The translations under genes and the position numbers were made by a program. The notes below the pieces were generated by a model. It was not told where the DNA came from and did not search any database. It worked only from the letters and a program-made list of their open reading frames with translations. A DNA stretch of 64,000 bases from an uncultured Gemmatimonadales bacterium (GTDB lineage: Bacteria; Gemmatimonadota; Gemmatimonadetes; Longimicrobiales; Gaopeijiaceae): contig CAWELD010000010.1 of the NCBI GenBank assembly GCA_963809895.1, positions 224,001-288,000 on the forward strand, written 5' to 3'. Below are positions 29,705 to 40,012 of the stretch, piece by piece. Numbering within the stretch: the stretch's first letter is position 1; every line of letters begins with the position of its first letter.

Positions 29705-29872
29705 GGCTGGGCTCGTCCAGTACGATGGGCGAGAAGGACGACAACGTGGGCGCTGCCGCGAGGAAGCGCCACCCCACCTTCACCTATTGATGTCCGTCAC
29801 CCGAATGATCAAGATGCGCGGCCTGACAGACCACGTGGTCGGCCGGGCGACTGATTCCATGCAAGGGAGATC

Positions 29873-30709
29873 ATGACAGGAACGATACTGATCGGCGCGG
29901 TGGCGCTGGTGCTCGGCGTCGCACTGGGATGGATCATGCGGGCGGGCCGGCGCCCGCCGCCGGACCCGGTGCGGGCTGCGCTGGGCGAGGTGGCCGCGCA
30001 CCTCGAGCAGGGTCGGCTGCCGTCGGCCGCCTCCGGTGAAGTCGACGAAATCCGAAGCCTTCGATCTGCGCTGGAGCGTGGCTGGGTCGCGCGGGACGAA
30101 CAGCGAGAAGAAGCGCTGCGCCAGGCTCTGGGGCGGATCGCCGCCTTTCTCGAGGAATCCGTGCAAGGGCCTCTCACGCGGGTTCGTGACGGTGACGAGG
30201 CCCTGCTGCGCGAGGGGGTGGAGCGGGCGCTGGGGGGGCTCAAGGACCTCGAGTTCTTCCTGCGCGAGCCGCTCACGCCCGACGAGACGCACAACCTGGT
30301 GCCGTTGGTGCAGCAGGTGGTGCGCGATTTCATCGCCGACTGGGAAGTGGGGGTCCGGTTCAGCGCGGATGCACAGCCCGTGCGCGCCCACATCCACCGG
30401 GACAGCTTCCTGGACGCCATCTACCTCCTGCTCCACAACGCCGGCCACTTCAGCGAGTGGAAGACCGTGGACGTGCAGGTGGAGTCCGATGGCGGGCGCG
30501 CGCGCGTGACGATCCGCGACCAGGGTCCCGGGTTCTCGCCCGAGGCGCTGGAGAGAGCCCGCGAGCTCTTCTACACCACCAAGCCGGCGGGGCTCGGGCT
30601 GGGCATTCCCTTCGCCCGCCGGATCATCGAGGGCTTCGGCGGCCAGCTCGACCTCCACAACCGCCCCGACGGCGGCGCCGAGGTGGTGCTGTTGCTGCCG
30701 GGGGCGTAG
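29873..30709 (+). CDS. Membrane-anchored HATPase_c histidine-kinase-like protein lacking the H-box His
   Basis: N-terminal TM. N box LLHNA, G1 DQGPG, F box FYTTK, G2 GLGLG. The H-box region reads FLEESVQGPL. Confidence 0.75.
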   Translation: MTGTILIGAVALVLGVALGWIMRAGRRPPPDPVRAALGEVAAHLEQGRLPSAASGEVDEIRSLRSALERGWVARDEQREEALRQALGRIAAFLEESVQGPLTRVRDGDEALLREGVERALGGLKDLEFFLREPLTPDETHNLVPLVQQVVRDFIADWEVGVRFSADAQPVRAHIHRDSFLDAIYLLLHNAGHFSEWKTVDVQVESDGGRARVTIRDQGPGFSPEALERARELFYTTKPAGLGLGIPFARRIIEGFGGQLDLHNRPDGGAEVVLLLPGA

Positions 30710-30716
30710 GGAGCGC

Positions 30717-31691
30717 TCAACCCACCCCGGCCACACGCGGCGGTCGCGCGGACGCTCCGGCCACCCCCAGGACGACCAGGCACAGACCCACCCATCCGGC
30801 CGGCGTGAGGCCCTGATCCAGCAGCACGGTGGCCAGGAGGGCGGCCACCACGGGCTCCGCGGTCGCCAGGATGGACACGTGGCCGGCGGGCACGCGACCG
30901 AGGGCGTCGTAGAAGAGGAACGCCGCCACCGCGATGGTGAGCAGGCCGTAGAGCGCCAGCAGCACCCATGCGCGGCTCGCGGTGGGTAGCGGCACCGGAC
31001 CCCAACCCACGGGCACCGCCACCAGCAGGATCAGGCAGGCGCCCCAGGTGGAATGCAGCACCGTGGCGACGCTCCCCCACCGGGGAGATGCGTATCGGCC
31101 GAAGAGCGTGTAGCCGGCGTAGGCCGCCGCGGCGGACAGTCCCCAGCCCAGGCCGGCGGGCGACAGGCTGATGCTCGCGCCCCGAGCTCCCGTGACCGTC
31201 AGCCACACGCCGCACACCGAAACCGCGCCGAGCACGATCTGGCGCCGTGTCGGACGCTCTCCGATCAGGGGGCCGGCCCCGGCCAGGACGAGAGCCGGTG
31301 CGAGGTAGAGCAGCGCCACGGTCGTCGGCACGCCTACGGCGTCCGTGGACATCTGGTATGCCACCTGGAAGAGCGCCGTGGCCGCGCCTCCGACCCCCGC
31401 GCACACGAGCAGACCGCGACGCGGGGTCTGCAGCGCACGTCTGCGGAAGAGGAGCGCGCCGCCGACGAGGAAGAGCAGCCCGGCCAGCGGGCGGAGCAGC
31501 GCCACGCTCTCCGGCGGCACGCCCGCCCGGAAGAGGGCCACCGAGAAGATCCCAGACGATCCCCACAGACTGGCAGCCGCCAGGACCTCCACGTAACCCG
31601 CGCCCGGGTGGGCTCCCCCCGCTCTGCGTGGGCCCTGGCCCGGGCCTCCGGAGCCGGCGGTGGGTCCTCCGGCGACCTGCGCGTCCGTCAC
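30717..31691 (-). CDS. DMT/EamA family transporter
   Basis: AASLWG, ALLYLAPALV, LIGER, VSILATAEPVVAALLA. GTGA overlap with the upstream gene. Confidence 0.88.
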   Translation of the reverse strand: MTDAQVAGGPTAGSGGPGQGPRRAGGAHPGAGYVEVLAAASLWGSSGIFSVALFRAGVPPESVALLRPLAGLLFLVGGALLFRRRALQTPRRGLLVCAGVGGAATALFQVAYQMSTDAVGVPTTVALLYLAPALVLAGAGPLIGERPTRRQIVLGAVSVCGVWLTVTGARGASISLSPAGLGWGLSAAAAYAGYTLFGRYASPRWGSVATVLHSTWGACLILLVAVPVGWGPVPLPTASRAWVLLALYGLLTIAVAAFLFYDALGRVPAGHVSILATAEPVVAALLATVLLDQGLTPAGWVGLCLVVLGVAGASARPPRVAGVG

Positions 31692-32134
31692 AGGTAGCCG
31701 TAGATCTGGTAGAGCATCAGATAGACCACGATGCCGGTCACGGACACGTAGAGCCACACCGGATACGTCCAGCGAGCCAGGCGGGCATGCTCCCGGAAAC
31801 GGCGCTTCCGCACGAGATAGAGGAGGCGCAGGACCAGTGGCACGACAATCACCGCCAGCGTCATGTGCGAGAACAGGATGGTGAGGTAGGCGGTACGTGC
31901 GAATCCCTCGCCGGCGAATCGGTGCGTTCCGGTGAGAGCGGCCCGGGTGAGGTAGAAGACCAGGAAGAGCACGGAGGCCGTGACCGCACCGATCATGGCC
32001 CGACGGTGCAGGTGTACCTTGCGGGCCCGGATGAACACGAATCCGGCCAGCAGACAGAGGGTGGAGGTCAGGTTGAGGGTGGCGTTCACCGGCGCGAGGG
32101 CGTTCCCCAACGCCTCGGCGTTGATGACACCCAC
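31688..32134 (-). CDS. DUF420 membrane protein (cytochrome oxidase-associated)
   Basis: NATLN, HRRAM, FLVFY, ILFSH, H..LARWT.PVWLYVSVTG.VY. Confidence 0.88.
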   Translation of the reverse strand: MGVINAEALGNALAPVNATLNLTSTLCLLAGFVFIRARKVHLHRRAMIGAVTASVLFLVFYLTRAALTGTHRFAGEGFARTAYLTILFSHMTLAVIVVPLVLRLLYLVRKRRFREHARLARWTYPVWLYVSVTGIVVYLMLYQIYGYL

Positions 32135-32137
32135 GCC

Positions 32138-33079
32138 TCAGACCTCGGCCGCCTGTCGGTCCCGCGTTTCCCGAGCCTTCCCGGGGGTGCCGTCCGCCGC
32201 GAATCCCCAGGTCGAGAGCAGGACGAGGGTGGCCAGCAGCGAAGCAGCGCCCAACGTGTGGAGCGACACCGGCGTCACGCCCAGGATCGTCACCACCGAC
32301 AGGATGCCGAGCGTCACCTGAACCACCACCAGCACCAGCGACAGGAGCGCGGCGGCGCGGACGTGCCGCGGGGTGTCGGGGCGCGTGAAGCGAACCGTCA
32401 GCGCCACGACGGCAATGGTCACGAGCACGGCCAGGACCCGGTGCGCGAAGTGGATGGCCACCAGCTCGTTGCCCATGGGCGGGATCCAGGCACCCAGGCA
32501 GGTGGGCACGTCGGGGCACGCCATGCCGGCGTCGGTGTGACGCACGATGCCACCCAGGAGGCTCTGCACGAAGACCAGGCCGGCCGCCGCCGAGCCCCAA
32601 CGCCGTAGCGCGCGGGCGGTGTCCGCGGGGAGGGCGGGTCGGGTCGCGCGCCGGGGAGACGTCGACGCAGCCAGGACCACCGCCAGGGACAGGAAGAGGA
32701 GGGCCAGGCCCAGGTGGGTCGTGGAGACGGCGTCCGGGAGTCGAAAGAGGACCGTGAGTCCTCCGAAGACCGCCTGCACCAGAAGGAGCCCGATGCCCGC
32801 CAGGCAGGTGCGGAAGATCCACGGACGTTCCGGGGTCTCGCGCCAGGCGTAGAAGGTCGCCAGAGAGAACATGAGGATGAGGCCGCCGGCCACGAGTCGG
32901 TGCAGGTGCTCCCAGAACACGCCGCCCGACATCTCCGGCATCAGGGTGCCGAAGCAGGTCGGCCAGTCGGGGCAGGCCAGGCTCGAATGGGTCGCGTGCA
33001 CGATGCTGCCGAGGGTGAGCAGCGTCAGCGTCCACGCGACGGTGACGATGAAGGCGCGATTGTGCTGTGGTCTATGCAT
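32138..33079 (-). CDS. ctaA: Heme A synthase COX15/CtaA
   Basis: ACPDWPTC, EHLHR, Q..FGGLTV, ACPDVPTC, IHFAHR. Confidence 0.9.
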   Translation of the reverse strand: MHRPQHNRAFIVTVAWTLTLLTLGSIVHATHSSLACPDWPTCFGTLMPEMSGGVFWEHLHRLVAGGLILMFSLATFYAWRETPERPWIFRTCLAGIGLLLVQAVFGGLTVLFRLPDAVSTTHLGLALLFLSLAVVLAASTSPRRATRPALPADTARALRRWGSAAAGLVFVQSLLGGIVRHTDAGMACPDVPTCLGAWIPPMGNELVAIHFAHRVLAVLVTIAVVALTVRFTRPDTPRHVRAAALLSLVLVVVQVTLGILSVVTILGVTPVSLHTLGAASLLATLVLLSTWGFAADGTPGKARETRDRQAAEV

Positions 33080-33225
33080 ATGGACCAGCCGGGACCTCGT
33101 CGCCCCGGTTCTCCGGACTCTCGTGTGCGTGGTGGCGCCGGGCCGACGGCCGCTGCATCGTGGTCGTCCCCCGGACGGGAGCATATGTTACTCGGGCTTC
33201 TCCTTCGCGTTTCACAGCCGTGCGC

Positions 33226-35016
33226 ATGACCGACACCGCGTCTCCACAGGCCCGCACCATCGGATTCCTCCGGCGGCTGAGGCCCCGCCTCGCACCGCAC
33301 CGGGCCGCCATCGCCGGGGCGGGCGTCCTCATCGTCGTCAGCAGCGCCGTCGGGCTCGCGTTCCCGCTGGTGGTGCGCGAGCTCCTGGACGCCGCGTTCC
33401 AACAAGGCAACGCGCCCTTGCTGAATCGCGTGGCGGTGGGACTCCTGATCCTGTTCGCCTTCCAGGGTCTGGTGAACTTCGGCCAGAGCTACCTGACGGC
33501 TGCCGTCTCGGAGCGGGTCATCGCGCAGCTCCGAAAGGATCTCTTCCAGGCCCTCGTCTGGCAATCGCCGGGCTTCTTCGCGGCCCGGCGGGTGGGCGAG
33601 CTGTCGTCTCGCATCGCATCGGACGCGGGCCTGCTCCAGCAGATCCTGCGCTTCGGGGTTCCCGAGGTGATTCGTCAGGGGATTTTCCTGATCGGTGCGT
33701 TGATTCTCATCACCGCCACCAATCCGCGACTCACCCTGGTCACGCTGACGGCCATCCCCTTCGCCATCGTGGTCGGCTGGTTCTTCGGACGGCGGGTCCG
33801 CAAGATCTCCACCGAGGTGCAGGACACGCTGGCGAAGGCGGTGGCGAGGGCGGAGCAGGTCTTCACGCAGATCCGCACGGTGCAGGGCTTCGCGCGCGAG
33901 GACTACGAGGCCCGCCACTTCGCCGTGGACGTGAACCGGACGCGGGATCAGGGGCTGCGTCGGGGCGTGGCCCGGGCTGCCCTCACCGGTGCCATCACCT
34001 TCGCGGCCTTCGGCGCCATCGTCATGGTGCTGTGGGAGGGTGGCCGGCTCGTGCTCACCGACCAGCTCACGGCGGGCACGCTGGTGGCCTTCCTCCTCTA
34101 TGCGGTCACCATCGCCGGCGCCATCACGTCACTCGCGGGGTTCTGGGGCAACATCCAGGAGGCCTCGGGGGCCGCGCAGCGCATCTTCGAGTTGCTCGAT
34201 CTCCGGCCCGAGCTTCGGTCGCCCGACGACCCACGCCCACTTCCGTCGCCGATGCGGGGAGTGATCAGGTTCGAGGGAGTCCGCTTCCGGTACGGCGACG
34301 ACCAGCCCTGGGTGCTCGACGGCATCGACCTCACCGTCGGCGCGGGGGAGACGGTAGCGGTGGTGGGTGCGTCGGGTGCGGGCAAGAGTACGTTGGCGGC
34401 CCTCGTTCCCCGCTTCTTCGACGTGCAACACGGCGACGTCACCATCGACGAAGTGGACGTGCGCGACCTGTCGCTCCGCCAGCTCCGTGAGACCATCGGC
34501 CTGGTCCCGCAGGAGCCCATGCTGTTCGCCGGGACCGTGATGGAGAACATCCTGTACGGCCGTGAAGGTGCATCGGCCGAAGAGGTGGAGAAGGCGGCGC
34601 GGCTCGCCCATGCCCACGAGTTCGTGTCGCGTTTCCCGGACCGCTACGAGCAGCTCGTGGGGGAACGGGGCGTCACGCTGAGCGGGGGCCAGAGGCAACG
34701 GATCGCCATCGCCCGGGTCATGCTCAAGCGCCCCCGCATCCTGATCCTGGACGAGGCCTCCAGCTCGCTGGACGCCGAGAGCGAGCGTCTCGTCCAGGAC
34801 GCCCTCGAGCGCCTGATGGCGGCGCGTACGACGTTGGTCATCGCGCACCGTCTCAGCACGGTCATCCGCGCGGATCGCATCGTGGTCCTCGACGGGGGCG
34901 TGATCGAGGACGTAGGCACCCACGCGGAGCTCCTGGAACGGAGCCCGGTGTACGCCCGACTCTATCGCCGACAGTTCGAGGACGCCCTCGCCAGTGTGGA
35001 AGGAGGCCGCGCGTGA
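33226..35016 (+). CDS. ABC exporter, fused permease/ATPase (MsbA-like)
   Basis: TM domain plus GASGAGKST, LSGGQRQR, LILDEASSSLD, IAHRLST. Confidence 0.92.
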   Translation: MTDTASPQARTIGFLRRLRPRLAPHRAAIAGAGVLIVVSSAVGLAFPLVVRELLDAAFQQGNAPLLNRVAVGLLILFAFQGLVNFGQSYLTAAVSERVIAQLRKDLFQALVWQSPGFFAARRVGELSSRIASDAGLLQQILRFGVPEVIRQGIFLIGALILITATNPRLTLVTLTAIPFAIVVGWFFGRRVRKISTEVQDTLAKAVARAEQVFTQIRTVQGFAREDYEARHFAVDVNRTRDQGLRRGVARAALTGAITFAAFGAIVMVLWEGGRLVLTDQLTAGTLVAFLLYAVTIAGAITSLAGFWGNIQEASGAAQRIFELLDLRPELRSPDDPRPLPSPMRGVIRFEGVRFRYGDDQPWVLDGIDLTVGAGETVAVVGASGAGKSTLAALVPRFFDVQHGDVTIDEVDVRDLSLRQLRETIGLVPQEPMLFAGTVMENILYGREGASAEEVEKAARLAHAHEFVSRFPDRYEQLVGERGVTLSGGQRQRIAIARVMLKRPRILILDEASSSLDAESERLVQDALERLMAARTTLVIAHRLSTVIRADRIVVLDGGVIEDVGTHAELLERSPVYARLYRRQFEDALASVEGGRA

Positions 35017-36107
35017 AGAATCCAGTCCGCAAGCTCCGCGTCATGGGTCGCTTCGTGCGCCGCCGCGCCAAGAGCGCCGGCGCGCCTCCGGGCACCCTGG
35101 TGCACACCGGTCCCAAGCGCATGGAGGCGGTGCGGGTATCGTTCCTGGACTACGATGCGGACCATCTGGACGAGCAGGCGGTCGAGCGGATCCAGGAGGT
35201 CTGGCCGTTCCGGGATTCGCCGACGGTGAGCTGGGTCAACATCGACGGTCTGCACGACACGGACCTGATTCAGCAGGTCGGTGACCACTTCGGGATCCAT
35301 CCACTCGTCCTCGAGGACATCCTCAGTGTCGGGCAGCGGCCGAAGATCGAGGAATACGACGGCTACCTCTACGTCGTGCTGAGCATGCTCATGTGGAACG
35401 AGGACAGCCGCGAGGTGGAGGACGAGCAGCTCTCGCTCATCCTGGGGCCGAACTACGTCTTCACCTTCCAGGAGAGAATGGGTGACGTCTTCGACCCGGT
35501 ACGGGAGCGGCTGCGGAGCGCCAAGGGCCGCATCCGCGGACGCGGCAACGACTACCTCGCCTACGCGCTCATCGATGCCGTGGTGGACCGCTACTTCCAC
35601 GTCCTCGAAGCCATCGGGGCGATCACCGAGGAGTTGGAGCTGGAGGTTCTCGAGGACCCCGACCGGTCGACCATGGAACGCCTGCACCACCTCAAGCGGG
35701 AGATGGTGGTGATCCGGCGAGCCATCTGGCCCGTACGGGACCTGACCAACGGGTTGGCCCGCTCCGATTCGCCGCTCATCCAGCAGGAGACGCGGGTCTA
35801 TCTGCGCGACGTCTACGACCATACGGTGCAGATCATCGAGACGGTCGAGGGGCTCCGTGACGTGGTCTCGGGCATGATCGACCTGTATCTGTCCAACGTG
35901 TCCAACCGGACCAACGAGGTCATGAAGGTGCTCACCATCATGGCCAGCATCTTCATCCCGCTGACCTTCATGGCCGGGATCTACGGGATGAACTTCGACT
36001 TCATGCCCGAGCTGCACATGCGCTGGGCGTACCCGACGCTGTGGGGGCTGATGGTGGTGGTGGCGGGGACGATGCTCCTCTACTTCAAGCGTAAGGGCTG
36101 GTTGTAG
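35013..36107 (+). CDS. corA: Magnesium/cobalt transporter CorA
   Basis: IHPLVLEDI...QRPK, NEVMKVLT, PLTF..GIYGMNF..MPEL. Confidence 0.95.
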   Translation: MKNPVRKLRVMGRFVRRRAKSAGAPPGTLVHTGPKRMEAVRVSFLDYDADHLDEQAVERIQEVWPFRDSPTVSWVNIDGLHDTDLIQQVGDHFGIHPLVLEDILSVGQRPKIEEYDGYLYVVLSMLMWNEDSREVEDEQLSLILGPNYVFTFQERMGDVFDPVRERLRSAKGRIRGRGNDYLAYALIDAVVDRYFHVLEAIGAITEELELEVLEDPDRSTMERLHHLKREMVVIRRAIWPVRDLTNGLARSDSPLIQQETRVYLRDVYDHTVQIIETVEGLRDVVSGMIDLYLSNVSNRTNEVMKVLTIMASIFIPLTFMAGIYGMNFDFMPELHMRWAYPTLWGLMVVVAGTMLLYFKRKGWL

Positions 36108-36109
36108 CG

Positions 36110-36142
36110 GAGGCTGCCCGCCGGTGCACGACGGGCAGCCTC
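36110..36142. terminator. Hairpin between convergent genes
   Basis: GAGGCTGCCCG...CGGGCAGCCTC, 11-bp stem, weak U-tract. Confidence 0.5.
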
Positions 36143-36179
36143 GGTGTAGGTGGGCGCGTGTCGCCCGACGCCGGAGCGC

Positions 36180-38132
36180 TCAGTCGGCGCCCGCGGGCTC
36201 CGGTTCGCGGCGAGCGGGCTCGCGGGCGTCCGCGGCGGATTCGTCGAGACCCTGCCCCGCGGCGCCGTAGGCTTCGCGCATTCCCACCACGCCCTCCTCG
36301 AGCCACTCGAACCGGCCGGCCATGGCTTCCTGCGCGACCTGGTAGGTGCGCACGTCGTCGTTGCGGAAGAGGCTCCGGAACGAGGCGTCCACACGCCGGC
36401 GGGACTGCCTGCAGAAGAGGTCCGCCAGCGTGACGGGAGAGGCATCCCCCGGGTTCTCCCGGCGCAGCTTCTCGGCACGCACGCACGCCGCGGTCATGGT
36501 GAAGAGCTCGGCGCCCACGTCGACGAGCCGCCCGAGCACCGCCTGTCGTTTCTCCAGCGACGGTCCGAAGCGCATCATGGCGTAGAAGAGCGAGCGGGCC
36601 AGCTTGCGCGCCCGTCGGTCGACCCAGCGCAGGTGGCGGGCCAGCGGACCGAACTCCCCGTAGCGCGGCCAGCGTCCCCACCCGATCCAGCGCGTGGGAT
36701 ACCACCACGCGTAGTAGACCGCCGCGCGCAGGGCGCCGGCGATGCGCTTCCCCGTGGGTGCCCGGGGATTCACCAGGTCGCCGGCCACCTTGAGGTGCTC
36801 GTCCACGGCCTCGCGGGCGATGAACAGCCGCATGATCTCACTGGAGCCCTCGAAGATGAGGTTGATCCTGAGGTCCCGGACCATGCGCTCGATGGGATAC
36901 GGGGTCTCGCCCCGGGCCAGCAGCGAGTCGTGGGTCTCGTAGCCCCGACCGCCCCTGATCTGGAGCGCTTCGTTGGCCAGCGTCCACGCCTTCTCGGTGT
37001 TCCACATCTTGGCCATGGCCGCTTCGAGGCGGATGTCGAACTGATGCGTGTCGGCCATGGCCGAGGTGAGTTCGACCACGGACTCCATGGCGAAGGTGTC
37101 GGCGGCCATGGTGCCCAGCTTCTGGGCAATGGCGTCGTGCTTGCCCACCGGCTGGCCCCACTGCACCCGCTTGGAGGCCCAGTCGCGGGATAGCTCGATG
37201 GCGGACTTGCCCGCGGAGGCGCAGAAGGCCGGAAGCGAGAGGCGGCCGGTGTTGAGGGTCACCAGGGCCAGCTTGAGTCCGCGTCCCTCGCCCCAGAGCA
37301 GGTTGTCACGCGGGACCCGGACGTCGGTGAAGCGGATGACGCCGTTGGACAGGGCACGCAGGCCCATGAAATGGCAGTGGTGCTCGGTCTCGATGCCCGG
37401 CCGGTCCATCTCCACGATGAAGGCGGTGATGGGGCGCTTGCCCCGTACACCTTCCCGCGCCGGCGTGCGGGCCATGACGATGATGATCTCTGCCCGGGGC
37501 CCGTTGGTGCACCAGAGCTTCTCGCCGTTGATGACCCAGTGCTCCCCGTCGTCGGAGAGCTCGGCGCGGGTGCTCATGTTGGCCGGGTCCGACCCCACGT
37601 CGGGCTCGGTGAGCGCGAAGGCCGAGAGGGCACCCTTGGCGAGCCGCGGCAGATAGCGCTGCTTCTGCTCCTCGGTCCCGAACATGAGGAGCGGTCCGGG
37701 GACGCCGATGGACTGGTGCGCGGAGAGGAACGCGCCCGTGGAGCCGCAGCGAGACGCGACGATGGCCAGGGCCCGGTTGTAGGTGGTCTGGGAGAATCCC
37801 ATTCCCCCGTATTTCCGGGGGATCTTGATCCCGAACGCGCCCAGCTCGGCCAGTCCCTCGAGCACCTCGTCGGGCACGTGACCTTCGCGGTCGAAGCGAT
37901 CGCCGTCGATGTGCTCCAGGGCGAAGGCGTGCAGGCGTTCCAGGAACGGCCGCGCCCTCTCCTGCTCCTCCGGGTCCGGCTCGGGGTGGGGATGAAGCAG
38001 GTCCAGCGCCAGTCGACCGTTGAACAGCCGCTTGGAGAACGACCGCTTCTCCCATTCCTCTTCGCGTGCCGCTTCGGCGACCTCCCTCGACTCGATCTCG
38101 CTCGCCAGACGGCGCTCTGCGTCCTTCGACAT
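36180..38132 (-). CDS. Acyl-CoA dehydrogenase (ACAD9/VLCAD-like)
   Basis: AFALTEPDVGSD, NGEKLWCTN, TLNTGRL, R.QWG, QIRGGRGY, RD.RI..IFEG. Confidence 0.92.
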   Translation of the reverse strand: MSKDAERRLASEIESREVAEAAREEEWEKRSFSKRLFNGRLALDLLHPHPEPDPEEQERARPFLERLHAFALEHIDGDRFDREGHVPDEVLEGLAELGAFGIKIPRKYGGMGFSQTTYNRALAIVASRCGSTGAFLSAHQSIGVPGPLLMFGTEEQKQRYLPRLAKGALSAFALTEPDVGSDPANMSTRAELSDDGEHWVINGEKLWCTNGPRAEIIIVMARTPAREGVRGKRPITAFIVEMDRPGIETEHHCHFMGLRALSNGVIRFTDVRVPRDNLLWGEGRGLKLALVTLNTGRLSLPAFCASAGKSAIELSRDWASKRVQWGQPVGKHDAIAQKLGTMAADTFAMESVVELTSAMADTHQFDIRLEAAMAKMWNTEKAWTLANEALQIRGGRGYETHDSLLARGETPYPIERMVRDLRINLIFEGSSEIMRLFIAREAVDEHLKVAGDLVNPRAPTGKRIAGALRAAVYYAWWYPTRWIGWGRWPRYGEFGPLARHLRWVDRRARKLARSLFYAMMRFGPSLEKRQAVLGRLVDVGAELFTMTAACVRAEKLRRENPGDASPVTLADLFCRQSRRRVDASFRSLFRNDDVRTYQVAQEAMAGRFEWLEEGVVGMREAYGAAGQGLDESAADAREPARREPEPAGAD

Positions 38133-38291
38133 GGAGTGCTCCCGGTTGGTGCCGGTGTCATGGAGGGCCGTGGGAGGGTATACCCCTCAAAGTTGGCGCC
38201 GTTGCCCCGGCCTGTCCAACGCGGCCGGATCGGCCATGGACCCGCCCGGGCTACGACGCGACGATCCAATCGGGGGGCGCCCCCCGGGTCG

Positions 38292-39503
38292 TCACACCGG
38301 CGCCGGCTCCTCCTCCAGGAAGGCCGCGACCTCGTCCATGCGGGCCTCGGCGTCACGCTGGCCCATCTCCATGAGCGCCTTGAGATAGTCCGGCTGGAAG
38401 AGGACCAGGCTCAGGAAGTCCGGACTCTCCGTCTCGCGCGTCCCCAGGCCGCGTGTGAGGAAGCGGAAGACCTTCGGCAGCTGCGCCTCGTACTTGCCGG
38501 CGAGCCGCCCGAGATCGGTGGAGGGCCGCAGGACCATGAGCTTCACCGGACGGAGCCCGATGCGGTCCTCCGTCGGCAGCTTCTCCAGCAGCCGGTTCAG
38601 GCGCTCGAGCCGGAGGGCGTCGTGGTCCAGGAGGTCCAGGAAGACCGAGTTCATCAGGACGCCCACGATCTGCGCCGGCGGCGGGTAGCCCGCCACCGCG
38701 GGTCGGTTGGCCTCTTCGGTGCTCCGGTCGTAGCGCGTGGAGATGGCCAGGATGCGCCGCGCTCCGAGGTGGAGGGCCGGCGACAGAGGAGCCGCGAGCC
38801 GGACACCGCCGTCTCCGTACCAGGCGCCGTCGAGCTCCACCGCCGGGAAGAAGAGGGGCAGGGCCGACGACGCCATGACATGCTCCACGGTGAGCACACA
38901 GTTCTGCGAGCGCCGCTGTGGACGCTCCCACTCCTGGATGTCTTCACCCTGGACCCACGTCACCGACTGGCCGGTGGTGTACGAAGACGTGCTCAGCGCC
39001 ACGGCCCTGAGGTGACCCCGGTCCAGGTTGTACTGAACCCCGGTGAGCTCTCCGTCCACGGCGTGAAGCGCCTCGGTCAGGAAGCGGCGCAGCGGCCGGG
39101 TGTCGACCAGTCCGCGAATGTGCACGTTGCGGGTCCCGAGGCCGCCGGACACGAGCTTCAGTGCCCAGGTCAGGACGTTGCGAGCCAGGGAGGACAGGTC
39201 GACACGGAAGACCTCACCCATCTCCAGGTTCGCCCACAGGCCGGTGAGCTCCTGCACGGCCTGTAGAAAGGTGCCGTGGTGCGAAGCGAGGTGGGCGGCG
39301 TTGATCGCTCCAGCGGACACGCCGGTGATGTAGGGGATCTTCAGGTTGGGGTAGTGATGCGCCAGGCAGCGCAGGAACCCGACCTGATACGCGGCCCGAG
39401 CGCCGCCGCCCCCCATGACGAGGCCCAGATCTCCGGGTCCGGGCCCGGTGGGCGCGTCTTCAGCGGGTAGGAGGGGATCGTCGACGGAGCAGGGTGTCGC
39501 CAT
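38292..39503 (-). CDS. Patatin-like phospholipase
   Basis: GGGARAAYQVG, GVSAG, ASSALP, DGG. Confidence 0.9.
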   Translation of the reverse strand: MATPCSVDDPLLPAEDAPTGPGPGDLGLVMGGGGARAAYQVGFLRCLAHHYPNLKIPYITGVSAGAINAAHLASHHGTFLQAVQELTGLWANLEMGEVFRVDLSSLARNVLTWALKLVSGGLGTRNVHIRGLVDTRPLRRFLTEALHAVDGELTGVQYNLDRGHLRAVALSTSSYTTGQSVTWVQGEDIQEWERPQRRSQNCVLTVEHVMASSALPLFFPAVELDGAWYGDGGVRLAAPLSPALHLGARRILAISTRYDRSTEEANRPAVAGYPPPAQIVGVLMNSVFLDLLDHDALRLERLNRLLEKLPTEDRIGLRPVKLMVLRPSTDLGRLAGKYEAQLPKVFRFLTRGLGTRETESPDFLSLVLFQPDYLKALMEMGQRDAEARMDEVAAFLEEEPAPV

Positions 39504-39571
39504 GGCTCCATTCTCCATCGATCCGGCGCGGGCGTCAAACCCCGCGGAGCCGGCGCCGAGGTGCGTCGGGC

Positions 39572-39967
39572 CTACCGCGCGGATCCCAGGAGCGTCGCTC
39601 CGGGCACGGCGAGGATGCCTGCCACCACCAGCGCGAGCGCCACCAGCGTCCCCACCACGTGGGGTCCGTAGCTCCGTTGCTCCATCGGCCGCCGCCGCAT
39701 GACCGACGGGACGATCTGGGCCGCCGCCGTGGCGAAGATCATGAGGATCACGTGGACGCCGAGTCCCGGATTGAACCGGCCCGTGAACAGGACGCCGATC
39801 CCCACGACGATCTGCACGAAGAGCAGCAGGGCGAAGATCCCTCCGAGCTGCCGCATGCGGTCGTCGTACGGACGCCGGGTGACGAGGCCGTAGAGGGCGT
39901 AGCCCAGGGCCGCCAGGCCGGCCAGCAGAACCAGATATCGGATTCCAGAGTGCGCGTGTGCGAGCAT
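39572..39967 (-). CDS. Four-TM hypothetical membrane protein
   Basis: HSGIRYLVL, four hydrophobic helices, His in helix 3. Confidence 0.7.
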   Translation of the reverse strand: MLAHAHSGIRYLVLLAGLAALGYALYGLVTRRPYDDRMRQLGGIFALLLFVQIVVGIGVLFTGRFNPGLGVHVILMIFATAAAQIVPSVMRRRPMEQRSYGPHVVGTLVALALVVAGILAVPGATLLGSAR

Positions 39968-40012
39968 TGCGTGTGGCGGTTGGTCGGAGTGTCGAGCGGT
40001 CGGGGAGGGGGG

